Below, piece after piece: positions 33,752 to 51,560 of a DNA stretch of 64,000 nucleotides. The notes beneath the pieces were generated by a model that made no database searches, was not told the origin of the DNA, and worked only from the letters and a program-made list of their open reading frames with translations. Positions within the stretch are counted from its first letter, which is position 1; each line of letters starts with the position of its first letter. The stretch is taken from NCBI RefSeq assembly GCF_009914755.1, contig NC_060941.1, one strand, 5' to 3'. The DNA comes from the human T2T-CHM13v2.0 reference genome, Homo sapiens. Both the position numbers and the translations under genes were made by a program.

Positions 33752-34788
33752 AACGTATTTTGTTTAAGTGAGATTTTAAAAATAAATTGTAGATGTTTAT
33801 TCTTGCTAAAATGTAAAATCTCTTTCTCTTTGCACCATCTTCCCCTTTTTATCTGTGTATACATTTTCTAGTCCTAAAACTATTTGAATAGTATCAATCA
33901 AAAAATATATATGAATATTACTGTGAACTAAATGTACTATTATGTTATTATGAAGATGTAAAAAAAGCTACAACTTCAGAGCAAAGTTGTTAACAGAAAG
34001 TGTTACTGCAGTCCATGTAGTAACTTTGACAAGTTTATATTCAAAGTTGAACATTTGCTGCTGAGGAAATCGAGCCGGGAGAACTAATGACATATTTAAA
34101 ATCATGTAACTAGTGGGAAACCCAAACAAGAACATAAATCTTTGTTGCTAAAATAAATTCACTCTAAAATTATGCTCAGGAACACCAATATAAGTGACTT
34201 TAAATGGGGGTAAAAATTGGTGTACTTAAAATTATTTTCCCTATTAGTCAATAAATGGTATGGGGACATTGATAAAGTTGCATTTCTAACTCAGTCTTTT
34301 CAACAAATTAAATCCTTCTTAAAGAGATTTAAAAATGAAACATAAGACAAGTCATAAACTGGAGAAATTATCTGCAAATAAAATCTAATGAAGGACGTAT
34401 TCATAATATATTAAGAACATTCAAAACTCAAGAACAAGAAAACAGACCACCCAATATTTTGTAATGGGTGAAAGTTCTGAACAGACATTTTATCACAGAA
34501 GATATACAGATGACAAGTGTACTAAAAGATGTTCAATGTTATTTATCATTAAGGAAGTGCAAATTAAAGCCACAATGAGATAGCACTACTCATCTATTAA
34601 AATGACTCAAAATGAATAAGTAGGTAAACAAATAACTTATAATGGCAAGTGCTGGCAAAATTGCAAAGCAACTGGAACCCACTTAGCTATCTGGCAGGAA
34701 CGCCAAACAGTACAGCCACTCTGATAAACAATTTGGCAGTTTCCTATAAAATTAAATATAACCTTACTAAACGAGCAAGCCATATTAC

Positions 34789-34830
34789 CCCTAGATATCA
34801 ATCCAAGTGCCCTAGATATCAATCCAAGTG
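34789..34830. repeat. Perfect 21-bp tandem duplication
   Basis: CCCTAGATATCAATCCAAGTG x2. Confidence 0.95.
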
Positions 34831-34989
34831 AATTGGAAATGTATGTTCCCACAGAAAGCTGTACACAATTGTGGATAGAAGATACATTCATAAATGCAAA
34901 AAACTGGAAACAACCTAGACCTTGAATATGTAAGTGGATAAACAAACAGTGGTACATCTATACAATAGAATACTCTCAACAATAAAAAA

Positions 34990-37900
34990 TATTAAATTGA
35001 TTTTTACATCCGAGCAAGGTGGAGTAACAGAGACTGAATTTGCCCTTCCACATGAAACAAACAAACAAATGAAAACAATATATGAAAACAACAGTTTGCA
35101 AAACACTGGACACCAAATAAGGAAGAACAATGATCTCTATAAGACAAGGGAGAAATAAGGTAAGCCTTACGATCAACACAACTTTTTTCCTTGAGAGTTT
35201 CCAAGCAACGACACAGAGCGAAGGAACTCAGTTAGAGTCCAGTGGACTCCCTGAGTTGAAGACACAGAGCTGAGAATTCAGGCAAACCAAGACAGCTAGA
35301 ATTCCCAAGACAGAGTAGAGTAGAAAAGACAGCTACAAAGAGACGGAAATGCAGAGATCTGCAGAAGATTCTTGTGTAGTATTCAGGTGAGCAATCATCA
35401 ACAAATGCCTGTGAAGAAACCACCTGAGGCTGAGGAAAGACCCACCTGAAAGGATTAGAAGAAACAGTGACTGGTACTCAAGCAGGACTATTTACATTTA
35501 ACATGTTATTGATGTCGGTGGGTTTTAATCTGTCACCTTACTATTTATTTTCTATGTGTCCGTATTTTCTTTTTCTGCAGAAAAACTCTTCTCCTGCCTT
35601 GTTTTGGATTAGTTGAATATCTTTTTATGAATTCATTTTAACAACATTGGTTGCTTATTGGTTTTCTTTGTTATTTTAGTGATTGTTTTAAAGTTTATGT
35701 TATATTAATACCGTTTTAACTTACCACAATCTAGCTGTAAAAATGGGGTGCTACATTGTACCACTTTATGTACAGTATAAGAACCTTCCAAAAATATACT
35801 TACATTTCTTCCTGCCAATTTTTGTGCTATTGTTTTCATACATGCTACGTTTATATATGTAGTGGATCTATAGACAATTTACAGGCAGAACTTGCATCTT
35901 ATCAATATTGACTCCTCAACCAATTAATGAACATGTACATCTCTCATTCATTTAGGTTCTCTTTCTACTTTCTTAGAAAAGTTTTCTAGTCTTCACCAGT
36001 CTTTCACATCTTCGTTGAACTAATCTCTAAGTATTTCATAGTTTCGATGCTACTATAAATTGTACTTTTGGTTATAATTTCTGATTGTTGCTGTTATATA
36101 GAAATACATGCTACTTTTATACATGTATTGGGTCTGTAGATAATTCAGAGGCAGAACTTGCATCTTAACAATATTGATTCCTCAACCAATGATTAACCCC
36201 ATGCTACATGGTTGTTCTTTTATTGAAATAATTATCTTTTATACAGTTTTAAATAGTAAGAAAATACATATTTACCAGTATAGTTACTATTTCCTGTGCT
36301 CTTCGTTCCTTTATGTGGATCCACATATCCATCTGGTATCATTTTTCTTCTTCCTGAAGGAATTCTTCCCATTTTTCTTACAATGCAGATCTGCTGAAAA
36401 TAAATTATTCCAGCACTTATATGCCTGAACACATTTTTATTCTACCACTATTTTTCAAAGAAATGTTTGCTAGGTGTAGAATTGTAGGTGAATGTTTTTT
36501 GCTCATTCGTCTTTTCAATAGACATAGAAAAAGTTTTTGACAAAGTCTACTCCTCATTAAAAAAAAACTCTCAGCAAACTAGAAACAGAAAGAATCCTTC
36601 TCAATCTAATATAAGACATTTAAAATAACCAAAACCTTACAGCTAATATATTTAATAGTGAAAAACTGAATGACTAGCCCTTTGAAATCAGAAACAAAAC
36701 AAGGACGTTCTTTCTTAATATTTCTTGTCGACATCATACTAAAGATTCTAACCAGTGCAACAAGACAAGTACAAGAAATTCAAGGCATCCAGTTCAGAGA
36801 GGAAGACATAAAACTGCCTTTATTTTCAGATGACACAATTGTCAAAGTAGATAATTTGATGGAATTGAAAAAAAAAAAAACTACTAGAACTAATAAGAGA
36901 ATTTAGCAAGACTACAAAATACAAGACCAATGTAAAAAAAAATTGTATTTCTATATAACAGCAACAAACAATCAGAAACCGAAATTATAACCAAAAGTAT
37001 AATTTATAGTAGCATCAAAACTATGAAATACTTAGAGATTAGTCCAACAAAGATGTGAAAGACTAGTGGCAACTAGAAAACTTTTCTAAGAAAATAGAGA
37101 ACCTAAATGAATGAGAGATGTACATGTTCATTAATTGGTTGAGGAATCAATATTGTTAAGACGCAAGTTCTGCCTGTAAATTATCTATAGATCCAAAGAA
37201 ACCTGAATAAAAAATTCCAAAAAGTGTTTTTGCAGAAATTGATAAACTAATTCTAAAATTCATATGGAAATTCAAAAGACCTGAAATAGGCAAAATAATT
37301 TTGCAGAAGAAGAACAAACTCGAAGACTAACGCTACCTGATTTTAGGAATTCTTATAAAACTACAGTAATCAAGACAGTGTGGTACAGGTGTAAAGATAA
37401 ACAATAAGGCCAAAAACAAATAGAGAAACCTGAAATAAACCTACACATAGATGGAAATCTGATTTTTGACAAAAGTGAAAATGCAATTCAGTGGAGAAAG
37501 ATGGTCTTTTCAGCATAGTAAATAAACTTCAATCCACACCTTGTACCATAAAGAAAATTAACTCAAAATCATCTCAAAAATTAACTCAGAGACCTCAATG
37601 TAAAACCTAAAACCATAAAACATTCAGAAGAAAACCTTTGTAATCTTGAGTTAGACAAAGATTTTTTCCATACAACACCAAAAGCATGATTCATTTAAAA
37701 AAGAAACAGATACATGAGATCTTATTAGAATTAAAAACTTTTGCTTTTTAAAAGATACTGTTAAGAAAATAAAAAGACAAGCCACAGACAGACTAGGAGA
37801 AAATATTTCCAGGTCATATATCTGATAACAGACTTGCATTCGAAATATTAGACATCTCAAAATTCAGTAAGAAGAAAACAAATTTTTAAAAACATAAACA

Positions 37901-38710
37901 TAAGATTCAAACAGGCAAGTAAATCCCTGAAAAGATGCTCAATATCATTAGTCATTAGGTAAACTCAAATTACACACAGTGAACTACCATTATATAACCA
38001 TTAGAATGGCTAAAATTTAAAAGCATTGACCATATCAAGTGTTGGCAACAACATGGAGAAATTAGAACTTTCATGCATTGCTGATAGGAATGTAAAATAG
38101 GGTAACTACTGCAAGAGTCTGGCAGTCACTTAAAAAGGTGAGCATACACCTACCATATGAGCCAACCATTCCACTTCTAGGTATTTGCCCAAGAGAAACA
38201 AAAGCATATATCCATGCAAAAGACTAGTGTGTGAATGATCCTGGTCACTTTAGTTGTTGTAGCCAAAAACTGTAAACAATGTCCGTCAACAGGTGACGGA
38301 TAAACAGAGCTAGATTCATACAAAGGAATATTTACTCTGCAATAAAAAGGAGCTCACTGGTGAAGCATACTACACTATGGTTGAATCTCAAAATAATTTT
38401 GCTGAGAGGAAGAAGCCAGACAAAAAGGAGTGTATATCCATACACATAGAATTCTAGAAAATATAAACTTATCTGCAATGATAGAAAGCCAGGTGGTTGC
38501 TTAGGGAGGGGAAATGTGGACAAGGGCATGAGAAGTAATTGCGAAGGTGAACAAAGAAACTTTGACAGTGATAGATAATATGTTTATTATCTTGATTATG
38601 GTAAAGGTCTTGTGTATGTATATTTATATCAAAATTTATCGAATTGAACATTTTAAATATATGCAGTTTACTGTATGTCAATTGTACTTCAATAGACACG
38701 TTATTTTTAA
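34990..38710 (+). mobile_element. L1MC/L1MD-type element: 5' piece (+), inverted middle (~35490-36510), ORF2 3' half and 3'UTR (+)
   Basis: ORF-track 36670-36906 (PLKSETKQG...LFSDDTIV); 3' end TGCAGTTTACTGTATGTCAATTGTACTTCAATA. Confidence 0.7.
35863..37195. repeat. Local inverted duplication, arms 35863-36108 and 36944-37195
   Basis: Reverse complement of 35863-36108 aligns to 36944-37195 at roughly 90% by eye, including ACCTAAATGAATGAGAGATGTACATGTTCATTAATTGGTTGAGGA. Confidence 0.9.
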
Positions 38711-39343
38711 AAGAATGCACTATTGATCCACTCAACAACATGGGTTAATCTTAAATGGGTATTCCTAAGTTAGAGACGTCAGAATAGAAAGGCTATATAC
38801 TGATTGGTTCTATTTATAAGACATTCATGAAAAGACAAAATTGTAGGAATGAAAACACTCATCAGTGATGGCCAAAGAGGGAGGTTGGTTGAGGAGTCAA
38901 TTACAAAGAGGCAGCACATGAGAATTTTGGGGTCAGTGTCTCCTGCATGGTGTTTGATATACAACTCTATGGAGTTTGGAAAATCTCTCAAATTTATAAA
39001 CATTCATACCTTGTAACCCAGAAGTTCTATTTCTAGAAATTTATTATAAATATGTCTAAATAAGAAATAAGGTTACTCATTGAAGACTGTTTAAAATAGC
39101 AAAAAGTTAGGAATTGTTTAAATATTCATCAGTAGGAGCCTGACTAAATCAATGATGGCATATTCACGCAATGGAATACTGTGAAGCCTTTAAAAATAAG
39201 AGAGTGTAAGAAACCATTTTCAAGAGGCACATAAGGTAGAGGACAAAGCATATAATGGGCTACCATTTGTGCTTTACAAAAAGAAAAAAAAAGGCATGTG
39301 CTTATAGTTTTTGTAATTGCATAGAACATCTTTAAAATGATAT

Positions 39344-39698
39344 AGAGTCATTGCTTGGTATCTATGGGGATTAGTTTCAGGACACTGCCTCCCCGCCAAT
39401 ACCAAAATCCAGGGACGCTCAAGTCCCTTATATAAAATGGCATCACATTTGCATATAATCTACACACATCCTTCGATATACTTTAAATAATCTCTAAATT
39501 ACTTATAATGTCTTATACAAAGCCTACATATCACTTCCTTTGTGTGGATTCAACGTAGTACCCAGTGTGTACCAAATTCAAGTTTAGCTTTTTGGAACTT
39601 TGTGAAATCTTTTTTCCAAACATCCTTCATCCATAGTTGGTTGAATCCATGGATATGGAACCCACAGATGAAGAGCCCACAGATACGGAGGGCCCATG
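39344..39698. mobile_element. MER2B (Tigger-family) DNA transposon
   Basis: ATACCAAAATCCAGGGACGCTCAAGTCCCTTATATAAAATGG...GGTTGAATCCATGGATATGGAACCCACAGAT. Confidence 0.85.
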
Positions 39699-39892
39699 GA
39701 ATAAGAAAGAGGTGAGAGTGTCTGCCACTGAAAACAGAAACTGAGTGACTTGGTGAAAGGGGTGGGACAGAAATTCATTAACACCATCTATTAACTAGTC
39801 AAAAAATTAATTAACTACTTAGATATTCCTTACCTGTATTAAAGACACAGAAAAAGAAGGTTCTGTAGGAACATACTCAAAACAATAGTAAG

Positions 39893-40322
<430 letters not shown>

Positions 40323-40938
40323 CTAAAATGAAGCAACAAGATGCATCTGTTAATAGAATTCCTGTCTCAGAGGTGCCGTGCTGCCATCCAACTGGCACTG
40401 GGAGTCTGGCTTTATTGATAGATGGATAAGATTGAACATGACACCTGTGTCCAGTGAATCCCCTGGCGCCATTTAACTAGCACTTAAAGCAGCTGCTTTT
40501 GAAAAATTACCTTCAGACTGGGCCCACCCTAGCAGAACAAAATCCTCACCTTAAGTACTTTTCCAGTTCCCAATAAATGAGGATTTTTGCCCTGCAAGAG
40601 AACTGAGCCATATTTTATTTGAAGCCACATCTGTCACTTTATTTTTATTTCCCCTGCTGTCTACCTTAGATCACAATGCCTGTGTCATGGCAATATCCTT
40701 CCAAGGGATCACAGCAACCCCCTCTTTGAAGACCTTACTTGGCTGCTCATTGCCCGTAATATAAAGTCATGTTCAGTTGTGTTTACAAGGCCTATTACAA
40801 TCTGCTCTCAAAACACAATTTCAGCCTGATCTCGCCAGCCTCGTGCCTCTACACAAAACTATTGGACTTTCTCCAGCCACGCTGTAATCTTCTGCATCTT
40901 CAAACCATTGCTCGTTCTTCTCTCTTCATTATCTTCTT

Positions 40939-40940
40939 TT

Positions 40941-40971
<31 letters not shown>

Positions 40972-41279
40972 TTCATTTATTTATTTATTTATTTATTTGG
41001 TGTCAGAGTCTCACTCTGTCGCCAGACTGGAGTGCAGTGGTGCGATCTAGGCTCACTGCGACCTCTGCCTCCCGGGTTCAAGTGATTCTCCTGCCTCAGC
41101 CTCCCGAGTAGCTGGGACTGCAGGCACACACCACCACGCCCAGCTAATTTTTGTATTTTTAGTAGAGATGGGGTTTCACCATGTTGGCCAGGATGGTCTC
41201 TTATCTCTTGACCTCGTGATCCGCCCGCCCCAACCTCCTTAAGTGCTGGGATTACAGGTGTGAGCCACCACACCTGGCC
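40939..41279 (-). mobile_element. AluSc with (TTTA)n tail, inside an L2 remnant
   Basis: TSD CTTCATTATCTTCTT at 40924-40938 and 41280-41294. Confidence 0.93.
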
Positions 41280-41899
41280 CTTCATTATCTTCTTAAGAAC
41301 CACCACTAATTGATCAAGACTCAGGTACAATATCACCTCCTCGTGAAGTATTCTCCAGCCCTACTAGACCAAACTGATGAGTATCTTCTCCTTGATTCCA
41401 GAGCAAAGGCACAGCTTGTGTGAGTCTCTGTATTTATCCCAACGCCTTACTTATTTCATATCTTACCCCTCTCTCCTCAATATTTGTGGTCTCCATGAGA
41501 TATGGGGAATATGATTTACTCATGTTTATACCTACACTGCCTTAGTAACTAACACAGCTTCTAGCACATAGGAAAAGCTCAATAGTTACATTTTTACTAT
41601 GGAGAATCTGTGGAGATCTCTGTGTGTGGTTTCTGAATGTCTAATTCAACTCTCACATTCTTCCCAGCTGTCCAATTTGTAGCCTCCTGGTTCAAACATT
41701 GCCCGTGCTCCCTGCCTGCCTGGAGGAGAGCATTTATGACCTGTCTCACTCTAATTGCTGCTGAAACATCCAGTTCCATTTCTCACTTACGAAGGCATTT
41801 TAACCTGGTTGAGCTGCCCTAAATGTAGTATGTACATCTCCACCTCCACACCCTCATTTACCTTATGCTTCTTGCCCATATTGTCCACCTGCACACATC

Positions 41900-42795
<896 letters not shown>

Positions 42796-43229
42796 ATCTC
42801 CACAGCCTCTAGCCTATGCCTTCTCATAGGTGAAGTTCACTTAAATGGTTGGCAACCAGTTAACTTATAGAACTCTACTTCCCTTTAGGTATCTGGGTAT
42901 GTTTGGGGGCAGGCTCAATGGCTTTGAATTATACTCAACCACGTCTAGTTTGCCCTTCTCTACATTGAACCACACAATTCGATTTCAGCCTGGTGAGCAG
43001 CTGGGGCAGTTGTGATGGGAGCTGTCTGAGAACAAGCTTGCTCTACACACAGTACATTTTTGGGATGCCAGCAATGGCCTGCTCATCTCCTTCACAGCAG
43101 TGCTACTTAAAGCATGGTCCACAAACCACCTGTGAGCTGGTTAGAAACGCGAATGATGAGCCTCACCTCCGACCCAGGGAGTCAGATGGTGCTGGGCCCC
43201 AGGAGTTGGTGTTTCTCAAGATCCCCAGA

Positions 43230-43813
43230 TTTATTAGCCATGGCTTTGATTTTCTGTATTCTGAGGCTTTAACATGTGGAGCCTTGCTGATCCTGGGGGC
43301 ACTGCTCCTCCCAGGGCTGGCCAAGTCCTAGAGATGGTAAGCAACTCAACCAGAGTGTGTTTTTCAAATACAAACCAACCCAGCAAGAGCCCACCACCAA
43401 CCACCTCCTTTATAGAGCTGTCACATTCAGGGCCAGTACTCCCCTGTCCTAATCATCCCAGGGCCAGGGATCAGACAACTAAGAACAGAGCTGCAGCCCC
43501 CATGCCCCAGAGCCCATTGAACTTATTCCAACTAGCCAATCCCAAGCCTGCTTACCCTGCTTCCCCCATTCCTTTTTGCAGAAACCACAGTAACAGCTCT
43601 TGCCCACCTCTCCCCTTTTTCCCCGCCTCTCTCCTTTTTCCCCCTGCCCCATGGTTGACCCCAGGGTTTTCCTGTGTGGTTTCCCATAGCCTGGCATCCC
43701 CCCACCTCTTGGGTACTGTGACTTACAAACTACCTTTTCAGTGACAATTGTCTCCTAATCTGTCGGCCTTTCTATGCCTCAAATTTTCTATTAATATACC
43801 ATATTTTAAAACA
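43230..43813 (+). mobile_element. MER74-type ERVL solo LTR, inside a MER5A
   Basis: TTTTCTGTATTCTGAGGCTTTAACATGTGGAGCCTTGCTGA...CCCCAGAGCCCATTGAACTTATTCCAACTAGCCAATCC. Confidence 0.75.
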
Positions 43814-43817
43814 CCAA

Positions 43818-44119
<302 letters not shown>

Positions 44120-44554
44120 TCAAGAGATTTGTGTGCACATTAAAGTTTGAAAGGCAGTATTTCAATGATCCTCTCCTACCATTTGCAAAAGAGTGACCTA
44201 GAACAAAGTTGAGTCCTGAATTCATCTTCTTCCCAGAAAAGGGAATAAATTCTATCAGAGAGGGAATTATATTTGAAGACCATGGCTCTGAATCTCTCCT
44301 CAATGTGATGGCAGCAATGACAGACCTCTGCCACCCCCACTCCTGCCCCATCTCTGGCCCTCCCAATGACAGGTTAGGTCTGAGCAGCTTTCTGGATTTA
44401 TAGGGATGAGAGCAGAGACAAGCAGTGCTCCTCAAAGAATTCCAAAGTTAAAATGGCCCTTGAGGCTGCTCCATCTTAGAATGGCTTATTCCAGGGATTT
44501 TTCCACTCTGTTTACCCTGTTTCTCCACGGTGTTTCCCACTTTCTCTCTTCTCA

Positions 44555-44882
<328 letters not shown>

Positions 44883-45277
44883 TTTTTTACGAAAAAATTA
44901 ATAAATAATGGTCTTAGATGGTTTTTTCAGAATTTTTTTAAATTTCATTTTTATTCTTACATTGCTATAAAGAAATACAGAATGGTTTTGTTGTTGGTGG
45001 TGGTGGTTTTGTTTGTTTTTTTTGTCCTCTGGTCACTGTTTTAGTTCCAAATTATGTTTTACATGTTATTTAATATACGCTGTCAGAAGAGAACTTATGA
45101 AAGCATATAGAATATGTCATGTGTAATTGACATAAACTAACAAATAAACATAAGAGAATTCTTACTTCATTGTTTTCTTTCACAGCTATCTATATTCATA
45201 AACAAGAACTCTTCTTTCCTCCTAAACATGGGATGCAGCCATTTGTCATTTTAAAGTGTTATGGGTAGAAAAGTAGG

Positions 45278-45571
45278 GGCCGGGCATGGTAGCTCACTCC
45301 TGTAATCCCAGCACTTTGGGAGGCCAAGGTGGGTGGATTATCTGAGGCCAGGAGTTTGAGAGACCAGCGGGCAACATGGCAAAACCCCGTCTCTACTAAA
45401 AATGCAAAAATTAGCCAGGCATGGTGGTACATGCCTGTAATCCCAGCTACTCAGGAAGCTGAGGCAGGAGAATCACTTGAACCCAGGAGGCAGAGGTTTC
45501 AGGGAGCTGAGATCTGCCACTGCACTCCAGCCTGGGTGACAGAGTGAGACTCTGTCTCAAAAAACAAAAAA
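45278..45571 (+). mobile_element. AluS (Sx/Sz-like)
   Basis: Full dimer. Confidence 0.9.
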
Positions 45572-45710
45572 GGAAAGTTGGGATGAGGGAGAACTCTGAC
45601 AAGAGGGGATCTACCCAAACTCCCCTGTCAGTGCTGGTAGAGCCCAGGTAATCATACTCATGATTCCAGCCTCAGCACCACAAATATATCATAATAAGAG
45701 ACCATTTGTG

Positions 45711-46047
<337 letters not shown>

Positions 46048-46495
46048 CTAAGCACCAGGTAATAAACTAAGTGCTTTATAGAACTGTTTTGTCCTGGTAA
46101 CCTCATGATAACCCTATACCAGATGAGGCACCTGAAACTCAAAATATTAAGGGACTTTTGGTTTATTGCCTTATAAGAAGTACTGTCATTATTCAAACTC
46201 AGGTCCTTCTGATTCAAAAGACACTGTTCTTAATGACTGCAAGATGGATATAAAAACTTGAGCTGCTTTTCTGCAGAACAGCTTGGAAGTTAGCTGTGGG
46301 ATTTTCTAAAGGATCACTGCAGATTTTCAAATATGATAGTCATGAATTTTTCCATGATACTTGAGGTGAAAAAATGTCATATTTCTTAAATTTTGTAAAT
46401 CAAATTAAAATCTGGCTCACAGCCCTCACCCACCAAAGTCAATTTGGAGTCCAATATGAGTAATAATTGAGGCTTTCTTTCCCCTCTTCCACTGG

Positions 46496-47698
<1,203 letters not shown>

Positions 47699-48196
47699 CT
47701 GTAAGCAAAGTATTTTTAGAGTTGACCTGGGGCTTCCCATTCTTCCCCCCACATCACGTACAAAGCAAAAACATACATACAAAAACAGCACATACAAAAC
47801 AAATTACATACATACATGTATAACAAAACACATTGCGTACAAAAACAAAATACACTACCTGCTATTGCCTTTGGTCAAGGAAGTCCAAAACTAAGAAAAG
47901 AGAGAGTTCATTTCTTTTTTTTTTTTTTCTTTTTTCTAATGAGAACATGGAGAGGCCAGGGGAGAAACAAAATATCAATTTTTCAATTGCTCTCATTTTT
48001 ACTGAAGTGATAGTTGACTTGGGGTCAAAATATTAAAGCTGAAAGCAAGACAATCCCTTTCTTAACTCTGAGATTCTCCCTTCGTACATTCCCGAGATTG
48101 AAACCCTCTAGAGCCCAGCAAGTAAATGAACAACATCAACATGCTATTGTTTCCTTTGTCTTTCAAGGCCCTGTTCAAATGTCTCCTCCTCCATGA

Positions 48197-48498
<302 letters not shown>

Positions 48499-49176
48499 TG
48501 ATCTGCTTTATATCCTAGATACGTGTTAAGTGTATTAAATACAAAGTTTTTGAAAATACCTGCCACATCTCCTAACTGTATGTTTTAGAGTATACCAGTA
48601 TGAAACCGCTTTATGTAGTCCCAGCAGAGAATGGGGGAAAAAAGTTTTGGCTTCATTGTCATGAACTGAGATGAGAAAATCATAAATATGCCCAGAGTTT
48701 GGCAAACATCATCTCCAAAACTTTATTGGGCAGAGTAATTTTAACTGGCTTCGAAGCATTGACAGTGATCCAGGGTAATTTTATGACAAGTTCTCTTGCT
48801 TAAAAACTTAACTTGGACATCAACCAAATCTGTATAGTAGCATTCTTATATTTCCAGAATATCTTGACTGCTCTGGGAGGGGAGTCTGTCCCTAGGAAAT
48901 GGTGCAGAACAGTCCAAATAGGAGGCTGATTATTCCTCCTGGTGTCAGGGGCTGAAAATCCAACCCTGAGGCCGCAAAGTGCATCCCGGGATACCAGCCA
49001 GCTTAAGATGCAATCTAGTATAGCACAGAGAGCGTTCGGACACTCGGATTGGGATCAGACGCCTAGGACACAAGAAGCAGGAATAACTGTGAGACTATAG
49101 CCACCTGCTATTTGGATGCATCTGATGGGTATGTTTAGTTTCCACTCTGTAATGACTGCCTTGCCTCCTGGGCCCT

Positions 49177-49554
<378 letters not shown>

Positions 49555-50199
49555 TAGTTTCTGTGCGCATGATGAAGTCAAAATCATGAAGGATTTAAGG
49601 AATCACATTTGATCTTCACCCCTGCATGGCATAACTACACTGTGACTTTGCTTTTTGACACCAAGCTTCTGGCCGCTCTTACTCCAACTTCACTTCTTGT
49701 AACCTTTTTGGATCGACTTTTGCCTCTTCTTGAATTCCTGAATATTTCTTAGCCCCTAGAGAGGAAATCTCTCTTTGCTTTTATGCCTCCATCCCTGAAC
49801 TCCAAGCTTATATTTGAGATCCAGTTACCAGCTACCAGGCCCCAGGGATTATTCTGACTCCTTCCTGGAACCTCAGCATGTGGCCTCTTCCCAGCTTTCC
49901 CAGGTGCTAAGCTCTGCAGTGTTGGGAGTCTTTGATGTTGTCTGCTGGGTGCTACTACCTGCCAGGTCCTCATACCAACTGCCGTCTTGTTCTAGAGTCA
50001 TCCAAGAGTGGATATTCCCCTGGCCTCCTGCTGCTGGGCTGGTTTCCAATTGGCTGCCTTCACTGGGTGGATCTCTCCATCCTCCAGGTATCACTGCCCA
50101 CTGGTCTGACCAACCTCACCAGCAGCCAACCCCTGCTTTGGACAGGTTTAGTTATATGGGTGCCTCTCTAAATATGTTCTGCAGAACCTTGACTCTGCA

Positions 50200-50445
50200 G
50201 TGTTGGTAGACATAATGTACACAAAGGGTTCTATAGTGAAATATGTTTTGAAGAGAATGTGTAAAAGAGTTAAACAGGATTCTTCATGGGAAGATTTCAC
50301 AGAGCCTTTAATATAATAACACGCACTGACGATGTCTAAGGAGGGATAGAGTGAGCGTTCAGTGTTCCTGAAACTTAACTGTGTTTTGCTCTGAGCATGT
50401 TATTGGACTTAATGTCCACACAACAGACTTTGGGAAATGCTAAAT
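50200..50445. mobile_element. hAT-Charlie MITE (MER103-like)
   Basis: GTTAAACAGGATTCTT...CAGAGCCTTTAATAT...ACTTTGGGAAATGCT. Confidence 0.55.
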
Positions 50446-50540
50446 CACATTCTTCAGGTTCCAGCCCCATGTTAACCCTTACCTCTTGCCACAGTGACAT
50501 GAGCAAGGACAGCATCCTACCTTTAAGAAGTGTTTGTGTC

Positions 50541-50849
<309 letters not shown>

Positions 50850-51074
50850 AAGAAGTGTTTGTGTCTTCATAATCCCAAGCCCCAAATGCAGCCCAATTCA
50901 TGGGACAGTGGAGCCACATGAGCTGGTTTTGGATCCTGGGCCTTCTCCTTTTTTCTGTATCCCATTCACCAGTTGTTTGACTCTAAAGATTGCTTAACTT
51001 ACCTGCATCTCTATTTCCAGTTCTGTATCATAGAATGGTTGATATATAATTACATACTTTATTTTGACTATCCA

Positions 51075-51560
51075 ATAATAGCAACAGCTAATATTGAGCA
51101 TTTGCTATCTACTTATCACTGTTCTAAACACTTTGCCTATATCATCTTTTTTCAATACTCGCACAAATCACATAGTATAGGCATACCCCATTTTTCAGAG
51201 AAGGCTATTGAGACACGAAACAGCTAAGTAGCTTACCAAAGTTTACCAGCTAATCATGCTAACCTGAGATTCAAGCCAAAGTAGTTTGGCTGCAGAGTCA
51301 GCATTCTCAATTCCCAGCACTATAATTTATTTCTTCATTCAACAAATATCTATTGAGCACCAGGTCATGCTATTGACCCTAGAAGTATAGCAATAAATAG
51401 ACAGACATTCTTGCCTTCATGGAATTTATATTCTAATGCGAGAGACAGGCACTATGTAAATAAACATGGGCTTTGTTGTAGGTAATAAGTGACATGGAGA
51501 AAAATAAAGCAGTGTAAGGGATATGAGAGTCGAGGGGCAGTATTTTGATATCAAGTTGGG
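51075..51560 (-). mobile_element. MIR (~51075-51320) followed by an L2 3' end (~51325-51560)
   Basis: CCCCATTTTTCAGAGAAGG MIR core; TTCATTCAACAAATATCTATTGAGCAC L2 tail. Confidence 0.7.

Larger units (their letters stand above)
34315..39000 (+). mobile_element. Ancient L1ME-type 3' end interrupted at ~34990-38710 by another L1M
   Basis: 3'-end motifs stop at AGAATACTCTCAACAATAAAAA (~34990) and resume at AAGAATGCACTATTGATCCAC (~38711). Confidence 0.6.

Noticed and set aside
48810-48951. Open minus-strand frame (PDTRRNNQPPIWTVLHHFLG...) after TTTTCAG between the two candidate exons
   Set aside because: No convincing GT donor, and ~47 open codons is within chance; kept only as a junction to test
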